Of a stretch of 64,000 nt of DNA, positions 55,829 to 64,000 are shown in pieces. Under the pieces are notes generated by a model. The model was not told the DNA's origin. It searched no databases and saw only the letters and a list, made by a program, of their open reading frames with translations. Numbering within the stretch: position 1 is the first letter of the stretch; every line of letters begins with the position of its first letter. This DNA is from Planctomycetales bacterium (GTDB lineage Bacteria; Omnitrophota; Gorgyraeia; Zapsychrales; Zapsychraceae): the NCBI GenBank assembly GCA_005239675.1, contig SBBO01000020.1, forward strand, positions 13,627 through 77,626. The letters run 5' to 3'. Made by a program: the position numbers and the translations under genes.

Positions 55829-57126
55829 AGATTCTCATTATCGGTTCTGGTGGTCGGGAACATGCCCTGGCCTGGAAGATTAAAAAGAGTCCAGCTGTCA
55901 AGGAGCTTTATTGTGCCCCTGGCAACGGCGGGATCGCCTCGATCGCGCATTGTGTCGCTATTGACCCCAATGACATCGAAGGGCTTGCCGCCTTTGCTCA
56001 GGAAGAAAAGATCGGCCTTACAGTCGTTGGGCCCGAGGTACCTCTCGTTGCCGGTATCGTGGATGCTTTCGAAGAGAAAGGCCTTACGATATTCGGCCCG
56101 AATCGAAACGCCGCGCGTCTCGAGGGTAGCAAGGTCTTCGCCAAGGAGTTTATGCAGAAGTTCGGTATCCCAACAGCGCCTTTTAAAGTTTTTGAGGATA
56201 TCAATGAGGCGATGGAGTTTCTTGCGGTGGCGCCCGTGCCTTTGGTTATCAAGGCCGATGGCCTCGCCTCCGGCAAAGGGGTGATCGTCTGCGAAAAGAT
56301 CCAGGAGGCCCGCGATGCGGTCCAACAAATCATGGGCCAGAAGATATTCAAGGAGGCTGGTTCCCGGATAGTCATTGAGGAATACCTCTTTGGGGAAGAG
56401 GCTTCAATCCTGGCTATCAGTGACGGTAGAAATTACATGATTCTCGATTCCTCCCAGGACCATAAACGCATCTTCGATGATGACCTCGGACCCAATACAG
56501 GGGGCATGGGTGCGTATTCGCCAGCGCCGGTCATTACTGAAGAGATGTTAAGGAAGATAGGCATGCAGATCATGGAACCCACGATCCGCGGGATGCATAA
56601 ACAAGGCGCACCGTTTAAGGGGGTTTTATATGCGGGGCTGATGATAACCGATGACGGCCCCATGGTTTTGGAGTTCAATGTGCGTTTCGGGGACCCTGAG
56701 GCGCAGGCGGTCCTGCCGCGCATGAAAAATGATTTGGTGGATGTCTTGCAGGCCAGCTGCAGCGGCCGTTTAGATAAGATCAAGATGGAATGGGACAAAC
56801 GTAGCTGTGTATGTGTCGTGATGAGCTCCGGTGGATACCCCGGGGATTACACCATTGGAAAAGAGATCAAAGGGCTTGATACCGTTAAAGAGAGCCAGAT
56901 CATCGTTTTTCACGCCGGCACCAAAAAGGAAGGTAGTACGATAGTAACAGCAGGCGGGCGCGTCTTGGGCGTGACCAGTTTAGGCAATGACATCGAGCAG
57001 GCGATTGCCCGCGTTTACAAAGCGGTTGAGAAAATTAAGTTTGATCGGTGCTTTTTCCGACGGGACATTGGTGCAAAGGCCTTGAAGCATCTCCATCCAT
57101 CGCCGCAGACGACGATGCGAAGATAA
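55825..57126 (+). CDS. purD: phosphoribosylamine--glycine ligase
   Basis: MKILIIGSGGREHALAWK N-terminus and an ATP-grasp fold. It overlaps the purM stop. Confidence 0.88.
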   Translation: MKILIIGSGGREHALAWKIKKSPAVKELYCAPGNGGIASIAHCVAIDPNDIEGLAAFAQEEKIGLTVVGPEVPLVAGIVDAFEEKGLTIFGPNRNAARLEGSKVFAKEFMQKFGIPTAPFKVFEDINEAMEFLAVAPVPLVIKADGLASGKGVIVCEKIQEARDAVQQIMGQKIFKEAGSRIVIEEYLFGEEASILAISDGRNYMILDSSQDHKRIFDDDLGPNTGGMGAYSPAPVITEEMLRKIGMQIMEPTIRGMHKQGAPFKGVLYAGLMITDDGPMVLEFNVRFGDPEAQAVLPRMKNDLVDVLQASCSGRLDKIKMEWDKRSCVCVVMSSGGYPGDYTIGKEIKGLDTVKESQIIVFHAGTKKEGSTIVTAGGRVLGVTSLGNDIEQAIARVYKAVEKIKFDRCFFRRDIGAKALKHLHPSPQTTMRR

Positions 57127-57144
57127 AAGAAAGGTCAAGATACG

Positions 57145-57678
57145 ATGAAAAGAATTCAAGTTGCGATCATGATGGGAAGTCAGTCCGATTTTCTCGTAAT
57201 GGAAGAAGCGGGCTGTATTTTAGAAGAATTTAAGGTGGATTATGAGATGAGGGTCCTTTCTGCCCATCGCACCCCTAAAGAAACCGCCGCGTACGCTGAA
57301 GGCTTGAAGGCGCGGGGCGTTCAGGCGGTCATCTGTGGGGCTGGTGCCTCCGCAGCGCTGGCTGGATTTGTGGCTGCCCATATTGATATCCCTGTTATCG
57401 GCGTGCCTATTGACTCTACACCGCTTAACGGCATAGACGCGCTTCTTTCCACCGTACAGATGCCACCAGGGGTTCCCGTCGCTGCTATGGCGGTGGGAAA
57501 ATTCGGCGCTAAGAATGCCGCGCTCTTTGCCTTGCGCATCATAGCCCTGACCGATGACAAGATTGCGGGAAAGCTAACTCACATGAAGGAGGAGCAAAGG
57601 CAGAAAATCCTAGATATCACGTTGCCTAGAAGCAAGAAGATTCCCTTAAAAGTCCAATCAGCGAACGCGAAGAAATAA
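57145..57678 (+). CDS. purE: 5-(carboxyamino)imidazole ribonucleotide mutase PurE
   Basis: 177 aa PurE fold (IMMGSQSD...VIGVP). No purK is in the window. Confidence 0.85.
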   Translation: MKRIQVAIMMGSQSDFLVMEEAGCILEEFKVDYEMRVLSAHRTPKETAAYAEGLKARGVQAVICGAGASAALAGFVAAHIDIPVIGVPIDSTPLNGIDALLSTVQMPPGVPVAAMAVGKFGAKNAALFALRIIALTDDKIAGKLTHMKEEQRQKILDITLPRSKKIPLKVQSANAKK

Positions 57679-57682
57679 CGCA

Positions 57683-58744
57683 TTGAAGACACAGATATTA
57701 GAAGCCCATCCCCAGTTTCCTGAAGCCAAAACGATAGCGTATTGCGCGCAGATCATTCGTAGGGGAGGGCTCGTTGTTTTTCCTACGGAGACGGTTTATG
57801 GTCTGGGGGCGAATCTCGCCAATGAGACGGCGATGCAGCGTCTGCGGGAGGTCAAAAGGCGTGATCCTGGCAAACCATTTTCTATCCTTATCGCGCAGAT
57901 CGGGCTTATCTCTAATTACACATCTACCATGGATACGAATTTGTACAAGGTAATTGATGCGTATTGGCCGGGACCTTTGACAGTGGTGGTACCGGCCAAG
58001 GAGCCAGGACAGACGATCGGTGTACGCATGCCGGATCATCCGATTGCGTTACGGCTGGTGCAAGAGTCTCAGTGCACCATTGCCGCACCATCGGCAAATT
58101 TCGAAGGGAATCCCGCGCCAACGACGTGTCAGGAGGCATTGCAGGATTTAAATGGCCTGGTTGATGTGGCCATTGACGGCGGGCCAGCTAAGATCGGCAT
58201 CGGATCTTCCGTCGTTGACATGGCGCATGGCATCCCCAAGGTTTTGCGCCAGGGTGTCATCACCCAAGAGGACCTCGACCGCGTTGTCCAGAAAAAGACC
58301 ATCCTTTTTGTGTGCACGGGTAATAGCTGCCGGTCGGTCATGGCGCAATACCTTTTGCGCAGCATGCTTGCCGGAAGAAAGGACGTAGAGGTGCTTTCCG
58401 CGGGGACTGGGGTGTTTTTTCAGACAACGGCCAGTGCAGAGACCATTGCCGTGCTCAAGGAAGATGGGATCGATGCCTCTCAACATATATCCACGGCCAT
58501 TAATTCGATTCTTTTGAAAAAATCAGATTTGATTTTCGTGATGACGCGTAATCACCATCAGCAAGTCCTGGACCGCGTGCCGCAGGTCGAACAAAAGGTA
58601 TACCTTTTAAGGGAATTTATTGATACGCCCGCGGGCCTTGTGGATAGCGATGTGCCAGATCCCATTGGCCAGCCGCACTACGCGTATAAGGAGTGCCTGG
58701 CGATCATCAAAGAGGCCATACACAAGATTGTTGGGTTGATTTAA
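57683..58744 (+). CDS. tsaC: fused L-threonylcarbamoyladenylate synthase (TsaC/YrdC domain) - low-molecular-weight protein phosphatase (LMW-PTP/YwlE-like)
   Basis: The N-terminal ~190 aa is a YrdC fold (GGLVVFPTETVYGLGA...). The C-terminal ~150 aa has the LMW-PTP P-loop VCTGNSCRS (CX5R) and a DP motif. Confidence 0.8.
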   Translation: MKTQILEAHPQFPEAKTIAYCAQIIRRGGLVVFPTETVYGLGANLANETAMQRLREVKRRDPGKPFSILIAQIGLISNYTSTMDTNLYKVIDAYWPGPLTVVVPAKEPGQTIGVRMPDHPIALRLVQESQCTIAAPSANFEGNPAPTTCQEALQDLNGLVDVAIDGGPAKIGIGSSVVDMAHGIPKVLRQGVITQEDLDRVVQKKTILFVCTGNSCRSVMAQYLLRSMLAGRKDVEVLSAGTGVFFQTTASAETIAVLKEDGIDASQHISTAINSILLKKSDLIFVMTRNHHQQVLDRVPQVEQKVYLLREFIDTPAGLVDSDVPDPIGQPHYAYKECLAIIKEAIHKIVGLI

Positions 58745-58745
58745 G

Positions 58746-59207
58746 ATGACATCGAAAGTTTTTATCGGCGCGGACCATCGGGGATTTTCGCTTAAAAGCA
58801 AAATCATTGAGCTGTTGGGCCGTTGGGGGCATTGTGTTGAAGATATGGGCACCTTTGATGAGGACCAGCCTTGCGATTATCCACAAGTGGCGCACAAGGT
58901 TGCCCGGGCAGTCGCAAAGACCAAAGGCAGTCGTGGGATTCTGATGTGTATGTCTGGCATCGGCCAGACGATTGCGGCTAACAAGGTCCCTGGGGCGTAT
59001 GCCGCTCTTTGTTATAATGCTACGGCTGCCGCCCTATCCCGTCAGCATAATAATGCAAATATTTTGGTGCTTGGCGCGAAATTTGTTAAGTCGAAGGAAA
59101 TCCCTAAGATTTTAAATGCTTGGTTTGCTAGCGATTTTGAGGGCGGCCGCCACCAGCGGCGGTTTGAACAAATCAAGAAAATAGAAAAAGGACAGTTAAG
59201 CAATTGA
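58746..59207 (+). CDS. rpiB: ribose-5-phosphate isomerase B (RpiB/LacAB family)
   Basis: 153 aa ([10 protein letters not shown]...[16 protein letters not shown]). Confidence 0.85.
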   Translation: MTSKVFIGADHRGFSLKSKIIELLGRWGHCVEDMGTFDEDQPCDYPQVAHKVARAVAKTKGSRGILMCMSGIGQTIAANKVPGAYAALCYNATAAALSRQHNNANILVLGAKFVKSKEIPKILNAWFASDFEGGRHQRRFEQIKKIEKGQLSN

Positions 59208-59245
59208 ATAGAGGGACAATGAATCCAACCGTAGAAAGAAGGAAA

Positions 59246-60499
59246 ATGATGCAACATCTCAAAGAAACCGATCCAGCTATTTATAAAGCGATCCAGGATG
59301 AGCTCGAGCGTGAGCAGAATAATCTCGAACTAATCGCCTCAGAGAACATCGTTTCAGAGGCGGTCTTGGAGGCGCAAGGATGTTTAATGACCAATAAATA
59401 TGCCGAAGGGTACCCGGCTGCGCGTTGGTATGGTGGATGTGAACATGTTGATGCGGTTGAACAATTAGCTATTGACCGTGCCAAGCAGCTTTTCGGTGCA
59501 GAGTATGTCAACGTCCAGCCGCATTCGGGTTCCCAGGCCAACATGGCCGTGTATCTGGCTGCCCTAGAATATGGGGATACCGTGTTGGCCATGGATTTGG
59601 CCTGTGGTGGGCATCTGACGCATGGTCTTAAGATCAATTTTTCTGGCCGGTCGTACAATTTTGTCACGTATAAAGTTAATCGCCAAACGGAGATGTTGGA
59701 TTACGGTGAGATCCAGGCCCTCGCTAAAGAACATAAACCAAAACTAATTGTCTGCGGCGCCTCTGCCTATTCGCGGATAATTGATTTCAAGAAGTTTAGA
59801 GAAATCTGTGATACCGTGGGGGCGCTTCTTTTCGTTGACATGGCGCATATTGCGGGATTGGTCGCGGCGGGAATGCATCCGAATCCGGTGCTTTATGCGG
59901 AATTTGTGACAACAACGACCCACAAGACTCTGCGGGGTCCCCGTGGGGGGATGATTCTTTGCCGTCAGGAGTTTGCCAAGAAAATCAATTCGGTTGTTTT
60001 CCCTGGTATCCAAGGAGGGCCCTTGATGCACGTGATCGCGGCCAAGGCCGTGTCGTTCAGGGAGGCCTTGACGAAAGAATTCCAAGAGTATCAACAGCAG
60101 ATTGTCAAGAATGCTCAGGCCTTTGCCAAAGAAATGGCCCGGCTTGGCTATCGTATTGTCACTGGAGGCACAGATAATCATTTGTTTATGGTGGATCTGC
60201 GTTCCAAGAACACAACCGGCAAGGAGACCGCGGCGGTCTTGGATAGGGTGGGCATTACGGTTAATAAAAATTTAATTCCCTTCGACCCGCAGCCGCCTGT
60301 CGTTACCAGCGGCATCCGGATAGGTACCCCGGCAGTCACGACCCGCGGGATGAAGGAAAGACAAATGCAGGAAATTGCTGGTCTCATCGACCAGACCATT
60401 CTGGGCAAAGACAATGAGGGCAAATTGGCGAAGATCAAGACCTGCGTGCATGAATTGACCGAGCAGTTTCCGATCTATAGAGATTTATTTTTAAGATGA
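59246..60499 (+). CDS. glyA: serine hydroxymethyltransferase
   Basis: SHMT fold with the PLP-Lys motif [13 protein letters not shown]. The ATG at 59246 has a GAAGGAAA RBS and fits the GlyA N-terminus. The ORF-track start was an upstream in-frame codon at 59204. Confidence 0.9.
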   Translation: MMQHLKETDPAIYKAIQDELEREQNNLELIASENIVSEAVLEAQGCLMTNKYAEGYPAARWYGGCEHVDAVEQLAIDRAKQLFGAEYVNVQPHSGSQANMAVYLAALEYGDTVLAMDLACGGHLTHGLKINFSGRSYNFVTYKVNRQTEMLDYGEIQALAKEHKPKLIVCGASAYSRIIDFKKFREICDTVGALLFVDMAHIAGLVAAGMHPNPVLYAEFVTTTTHKTLRGPRGGMILCRQEFAKKINSVVFPGIQGGPLMHVIAAKAVSFREALTKEFQEYQQQIVKNAQAFAKEMARLGYRIVTGGTDNHLFMVDLRSKNTTGKETAAVLDRVGITVNKNLIPFDPQPPVVTSGIRIGTPAVTTRGMKERQMQEIAGLIDQTILGKDNEGKLAKIKTCVHELTEQFPIYRDLFLR

Positions 60500-61008
60500 A
60501 ATGCCCGTCCTGCGGATATTCAGAGACAAAGGTCATTGATTCACGGCTCAATAGTGACGGGACCTCGATTCGCCGCCGGCGGGAATGCCTGAAATGTGAA
60601 AAGCGTTTTACCACATACGAATACATTGAAACGGTGCCGTTCTTGGTTGTCAAGCGTGATGGTCGTCGTCAGTATTTTGACCGCAAGAAGATCATTGCAG
60701 GGCTGATAAAGGCCTGCGAAAAACGGCCTGTCAGTCTTGATCGAATAGAGGAGATCACTAGCGATATTGAGCGGGTTATTCAACGTCAATACGACCGTGA
60801 GGTTAATTCCAAAGAAATTGGGGAATTGATTATGGGGAAGCTGGTGGATTTAGATGAGGTTGCCTATGTTCGGTTTGCCTCTGTGTACCGACAGTTTCGT
60901 GACGTAAACCAGTTTATGAACGAGCTTCAGGGTATGCTTAAGAAGGAGCCTCCTTACCAGCAGATGGTTTATCCCAGAAGGCGAACCAAGAAAGGTGGCG
61001 ATGGATGA
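60496..61008 (+). CDS. nrdR: transcriptional repressor NrdR
   Basis: N-terminal zinc ribbon CPSCG...CLKCEKRF and an ATP-cone domain. ATGA overlaps the glyA stop. Confidence 0.9.
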   Translation: MKCPSCGYSETKVIDSRLNSDGTSIRRRRECLKCEKRFTTYEYIETVPFLVVKRDGRRQYFDRKKIIAGLIKACEKRPVSLDRIEEITSDIERVIQRQYDREVNSKEIGELIMGKLVDLDEVAYVRFASVYRQFRDVNQFMNELQGMLKKEPPYQQMVYPRRRTKKGGDG

Positions 61009-61412
61009 TTCAAGTAGAATTAAGTAAGATTATTATCGATGAAAAAAGACAGGACCAGGTCATTGTCTTGAAAGAGAAACACGGCGAACGCCAGCTGCCG
61101 ATCGTAATCGGCTTTCTAGAGGCCTCCAGCATCAAGATGAAGCTCTCCGGTATTGAGCCGCCCCGGCCGATGACGCACGATCTCATCGTTGCAATCTTCC
61201 AAGGACTCGAGGCCAAACTTTCAAGATTAATCATCGACAAGATGATCGCCAACACCTTCCACGCTAAGTTGGAGTTCAGGATTAAAAATGGGGAAATCAG
61301 GTTTATCGATGCGCGTCCTTCCGATGGAGTTGCCCTTGCGGTACGCACTGGTGCACCGATCTTTATTGAGGAAGATGTCCTTAAGAAAGCGGCCATCATC
61401 AAAATAGAGTAA
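61005..61412 (+). CDS. bifunctional-nuclease-family protein (DUF151/BFN domain)
   Basis: 135 aa. The motifs (LPIVIGFLEA...RPMTHDL...IDARPSDGVALAVR) match the BFN domain. It overlaps the nrdR stop. Confidence 0.65.
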   Translation: MIQVELSKIIIDEKRQDQVIVLKEKHGERQLPIVIGFLEASSIKMKLSGIEPPRPMTHDLIVAIFQGLEAKLSRLIIDKMIANTFHAKLEFRIKNGEIRFIDARPSDGVALAVRTGAPIFIEEDVLKKAAIIKIE

Positions 61413-61413
61413 T

Positions 61414-62886
61414 ATGTCTCTCTTGAAAGACTACCCTTTCATACAAGTTATTCAGGACATTGCCAGACACCGCAAGGTGGCCGTGTATCTGGTGGGTGGA
61501 TTTCTACGTGATTATCTGCTCGGCGCAGATCACGCCGGATCCGGGTCCTTAAACCCTATGTGTTTTAAGGATTTTGATTTTGCTGTTGAAAAAGAGGCCC
61601 TCAGCTTCGCTCGTCTTTTTGCCCGGAAGATCCGTGGGGCTTATGTCCTTTTAGACAAGGAGCGTGGCTGTGCGCGCGTCGTGCACCAGTGCCTTGGCCA
61701 AACTAGTATCTGCGATTTTGCCGATTTCAGGGCACACCCTTTCGCCAAGGACTTGGCACACCGTGATTTTACAATTAATACTTTGTCTATTGATGTGCAT
61801 AAGCTTGAGCGTTCCACCGCTATCACCGATGCCTTGGCCGATTATAAAGATGGGATCAAGGACCTGCGAGCCAAGCGCATCCGCCGGGTCTCAGTTAAGG
61901 CATTCCGGGAGGATCCACTACGCCTATTACGGGCCTTTGGCCTTTGCGCAGTATTGGGTTTCAAGGTTGAACGTGTCACCTTGACCCAGATCCATCGGGA
62001 AAAGGATTTATTGCGTGATGCCTCCTATGAACGCATTCGTGATGAACTGTTTAAGATTCTCACAACCAATCGAGCAGCTGCAACCCTTAAGGCCATGGAC
62101 AAGGTTGGATTATTGGAAAAGATCATCCCGCAGGTGAAGGTAATGTACGCCTGCGCCCAGGGACCATATCACCATCTGAACGTCTGGCGCCATACCTTGG
62201 AGGCGGTTGTCCAGTTTGAAGATGTTATCACCCAGACTAACGGCCAGGCCCAAGTTGTTGATTATCTTAATGAATCCTTGGGAGGCAATCGTCCGCGTCG
62301 GGCGCTTTTAAAATTGGCGTTACTGTTGCATGATATCGGCAAGCCCCAGACGCGCCGTCAAGAAAAGGGGCGCATGACGTTTTACGGACACGAACGCGTC
62401 GGCAAGAATATCACCACCCACATCGCCCGCATGCTGAAACTCTCGGTGCGCGAGCGCCACGCCCTCGAGGACATGGTCCTCTGGCATCTGCGTCCTGGCT
62501 ATTTGTCTAATTTCCGCAAGCCAAGCGAGAAGGCCATCTACCGATATTTTCGTGACACTAAACAGGAAGCTGTAGGAATTTCATTACTGTCGCTCGCCGA
62601 TCAACGGGCAACACGGGGACCCTTGACAACAGCGCACGATCAAAGGCATCATGAACGGATCTGTCTTAATTTGGTGCAGCGGTATTTTGACAAGAAAAAG
62701 GAAAGACCATTCGTACGTCTTATTAACGGCCATGAGGTGATGCGACGTTGGCGCTTGTCGCCATCGCCTTTAATCGGCAAGATTCTTCGGGAAGTGGCGG
62801 AAGGGCAGGCATTGGGCAAGATCCACACCAAAGAAGAGGCGCTCGTCTTAGCGGGCAGGATAGTGCACAAAGGCAAGTTGCCATGA
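61414..62886 (+). CDS. cca: CCA-adding tRNA nucleotidyltransferase / poly(A) polymerase family enzyme with a C-terminal HD domain
   Basis: Class-II NTase head (VGGFLRDYLLG...DFD...RDFTINT) followed by an HD domain (LLLHDIGKP). The start is 2 nt after the BFN stop. Confidence 0.8.
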   Translation: MSLLKDYPFIQVIQDIARHRKVAVYLVGGFLRDYLLGADHAGSGSLNPMCFKDFDFAVEKEALSFARLFARKIRGAYVLLDKERGCARVVHQCLGQTSICDFADFRAHPFAKDLAHRDFTINTLSIDVHKLERSTAITDALADYKDGIKDLRAKRIRRVSVKAFREDPLRLLRAFGLCAVLGFKVERVTLTQIHREKDLLRDASYERIRDELFKILTTNRAAATLKAMDKVGLLEKIIPQVKVMYACAQGPYHHLNVWRHTLEAVVQFEDVITQTNGQAQVVDYLNESLGGNRPRRALLKLALLLHDIGKPQTRRQEKGRMTFYGHERVGKNITTHIARMLKLSVRERHALEDMVLWHLRPGYLSNFRKPSEKAIYRYFRDTKQEAVGISLLSLADQRATRGPLTTAHDQRHHERICLNLVQRYFDKKKERPFVRLINGHEVMRRWRLSPSPLIGKILREVAEGQALGKIHTKEEALVLAGRIVHKGKLP

Positions 62887-63821
62887 GGATCAAAGATATC
62901 GAGGTCAAGATACTACGCAATGATATCACACAGTTGGACGTGGATGCCATTGTTGTAGCAGCCAACAGTCGCTTGACCATGGAAGGAGGGTTAGCGGCAT
63001 TCATTAAGAAGGAAGGCGGTCCGGCCATTGAAGAGGAGGCTATGTCCAAAGGGCCTGTCGCGCAAGGAACCGTGGTGAAGACCAAGGCCGGGGGATTGAA
63101 GACCAAATACATTCTACATGCCGTTATCCAAGAAGGGGATGAACCGGCACAAGAGGAGGTCCTGCGTAAGGCGGTTGCCTGTGCCCTTAGGTGCGCTAAA
63201 GAGCATCACATGCGGTCGCTTATGTTTCCAGCTCTAAACTGCGACAACGGTGAGTTTTCGCCAATCGGTGCGGCCAAGATCATGGTCCAGGAAGTGATGA
63301 AATGTGCCCGAGATCCCCAGATGACAGTGCGCGAGGTCGTCTTTTGCTTGTATGACGAAGAAACTTTCCGTACGTTTGATCGTACCATTCGTGGCTATAT
63401 TAGCCATATGATCAATGATTTAGGTTTTGGCCCTTATGCGACGGTTGATATTATCATTGAATATGAAGGGGGCGTCATTCTTGTTGAGCGTTCAAACCCT
63501 CCGTACGGTTGGGCCCTACCAGGTGGATTTGTTGAATATGGAGAAAGCCTGGAGCAAGCCGCGGTGCGCGGGGTCAAGGAGGAGACGAATTTGGATCTGG
63601 CGGATTTGCGGCAGTTCCACACCTATTCGGCACCAGGCCGCGATCCGCGTTTTCATACGATTTCAACGATCTTCATCGCCGATGGTATCGGCAAGCCAAT
63701 CCCTGGCGACGATGCGGCCAACGTGAAGATCGTGCGATACGAAGACCTCCTGCAAGGCAATTACGCCTTTGACCACAAAGAGATCCTTGAGGAGTATCTG
63801 GTGGAAAAGGATTTAGATTAA
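62883..63821 (+). CDS. fused Macro domain (ADP-ribose binding / processing) - Nudix hydrolase
   Basis: The ATG at 62883 overlaps the cca stop (ATGA). The N-terminal ~180 aa is a macro domain (DVDAIVVAANSRL...GGLAA...YILHAV). The C-terminal ~130 aa has the Nudix box GGFVEYGESLEQAAVRGVKEETNL. The ORF-track upstream extension (62748) has a low-complexity N-terminus inside cca. Confidence 0.78.
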   Translation: MRIKDIEVKILRNDITQLDVDAIVVAANSRLTMEGGLAAFIKKEGGPAIEEEAMSKGPVAQGTVVKTKAGGLKTKYILHAVIQEGDEPAQEEVLRKAVACALRCAKEHHMRSLMFPALNCDNGEFSPIGAAKIMVQEVMKCARDPQMTVREVVFCLYDEETFRTFDRTIRGYISHMINDLGFGPYATVDIIIEYEGGVILVERSNPPYGWALPGGFVEYGESLEQAAVRGVKEETNLDLADLRQFHTYSAPGRDPRFHTISTIFIADGIGKPIPGDDAANVKIVRYEDLLQGNYAFDHKEILEEYLVEKDLD

Positions 63822-63829
63822 GAGGGCCA

Positions 63830-64000
63830 TGTGCAATTGTACAAACTCTCCAAAGTCGTCTTGCGCGTTCGAAATAATCCTGCCTCATTTTTAAATGGCC
63901 TCACGACCAACACTTTAGAGCAGTCCCGCAACGCCTTTGTTAATGTCCACGGCCGCATCGTCGCCACTTTTGACCAAGTCAAGATCAGCGAAGATGAATG
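63830..64000 (+). CDS. 5' part of a downstream ORF truncated at the window edge (possibly a YgfZ/GcvT-like folate-binding protein)
   Basis: The frame is open from GTG 63830 to the window end (VQLYKLSKVVLRVRNNPASFLNGLTTNTLEQ...). Resemblance to the N-termini of YgfZ/aminomethyltransferase-like proteins is weak. Confidence 0.3.

Noticed and set aside
62748-62882. Upstream extension of the Macro-Nudix ORF into cca
   Set aside because: The extension is low-complexity (SGSGGRAGIGQD...) and overlaps the cca C-terminus. The ATG at 62883 with an ATGA overlap gives a clean macro-domain N-terminus.

Overview
This window reads as a gene-dense bacterial chromosomal segment (about 50% GC by eye) with almost all genes on the + strand. 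I found no CRISPR array, no IS element or transposase, and no rRNA. All calls come from reading the ORF translations and the DNA directly. No database search or folding was run.

Gene content, in order:
- A dcw (division/cell-wall) cluster: murE (5'-partial) - murF - mraY - murD - ftsW - murG - [secreted HExxH peptidase-MA-like protein] - murC - ddl - ftsQ - ftsA. Starts and stops are translationally coupled throughout. No ftsZ follows ftsA.
- A small membrane protein on the - strand, then a coupled trio: secreted MBL-fold (ComEC-C-like) hydrolase, VanZ-like protein, class-V aminotransferase.
- leuC without an adjacent leuD, then gltB-gltD.
- A low-density island: SGNH hydrolase, a 61-aa GDCCVxC-type Cys-rich zinc-ribbon protein, about 600 bp of non-coding DNA with two terminator-like hairpins and a nested inverted-repeat leader, then an SPFH/band-7 gene.
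- miaB, nadA, comM (- strand, apparently with a non-AUG ATC start), a divergent-PAP2 (DUF212-like) protein, a LysM + L,D-transpeptidase, accA, rlmN, a secreted STI1-like protein (- strand), and tRNA-Leu(CAA) and tRNA-Ala(GGC) on the - strand flanking a small membrane protein.
- A biotin cluster: nifS-like desulfurase - birA - bioF - bioH - bioC - fused bioD-bioA. It has a leaderless-looking promoter with a BirA-box-like site, and bioB is not in the window.
- mnmA, pgi, tatA, tatC, hemW, a polyprenyl synthase (- strand), and an AT-rich divergent spacer.
- A pur cluster: purB - purC - fused purS-purL - LOG-family gene - purQ - purM - purD - purE.
- A Bacillus-like ywlC-ywlE-rpiB-glyA neighbourhood, with TsaC/YrdC fused to a low-molecular-weight phosphatase.
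- nrdR - DUF151 nuclease - CCA/HD nucleotidyltransferase - fused Macro-Nudix, and a 3'-truncated last ORF.

The candidates I would look at first are the peptidase-like gene inside the dcw cluster (with ftsZ absent from its usual place), the Macro-Nudix/CCA-HD/nuclease operon, the TsaC-phosphatase fusion, and the structured non-coding island upstream of the SPFH gene.
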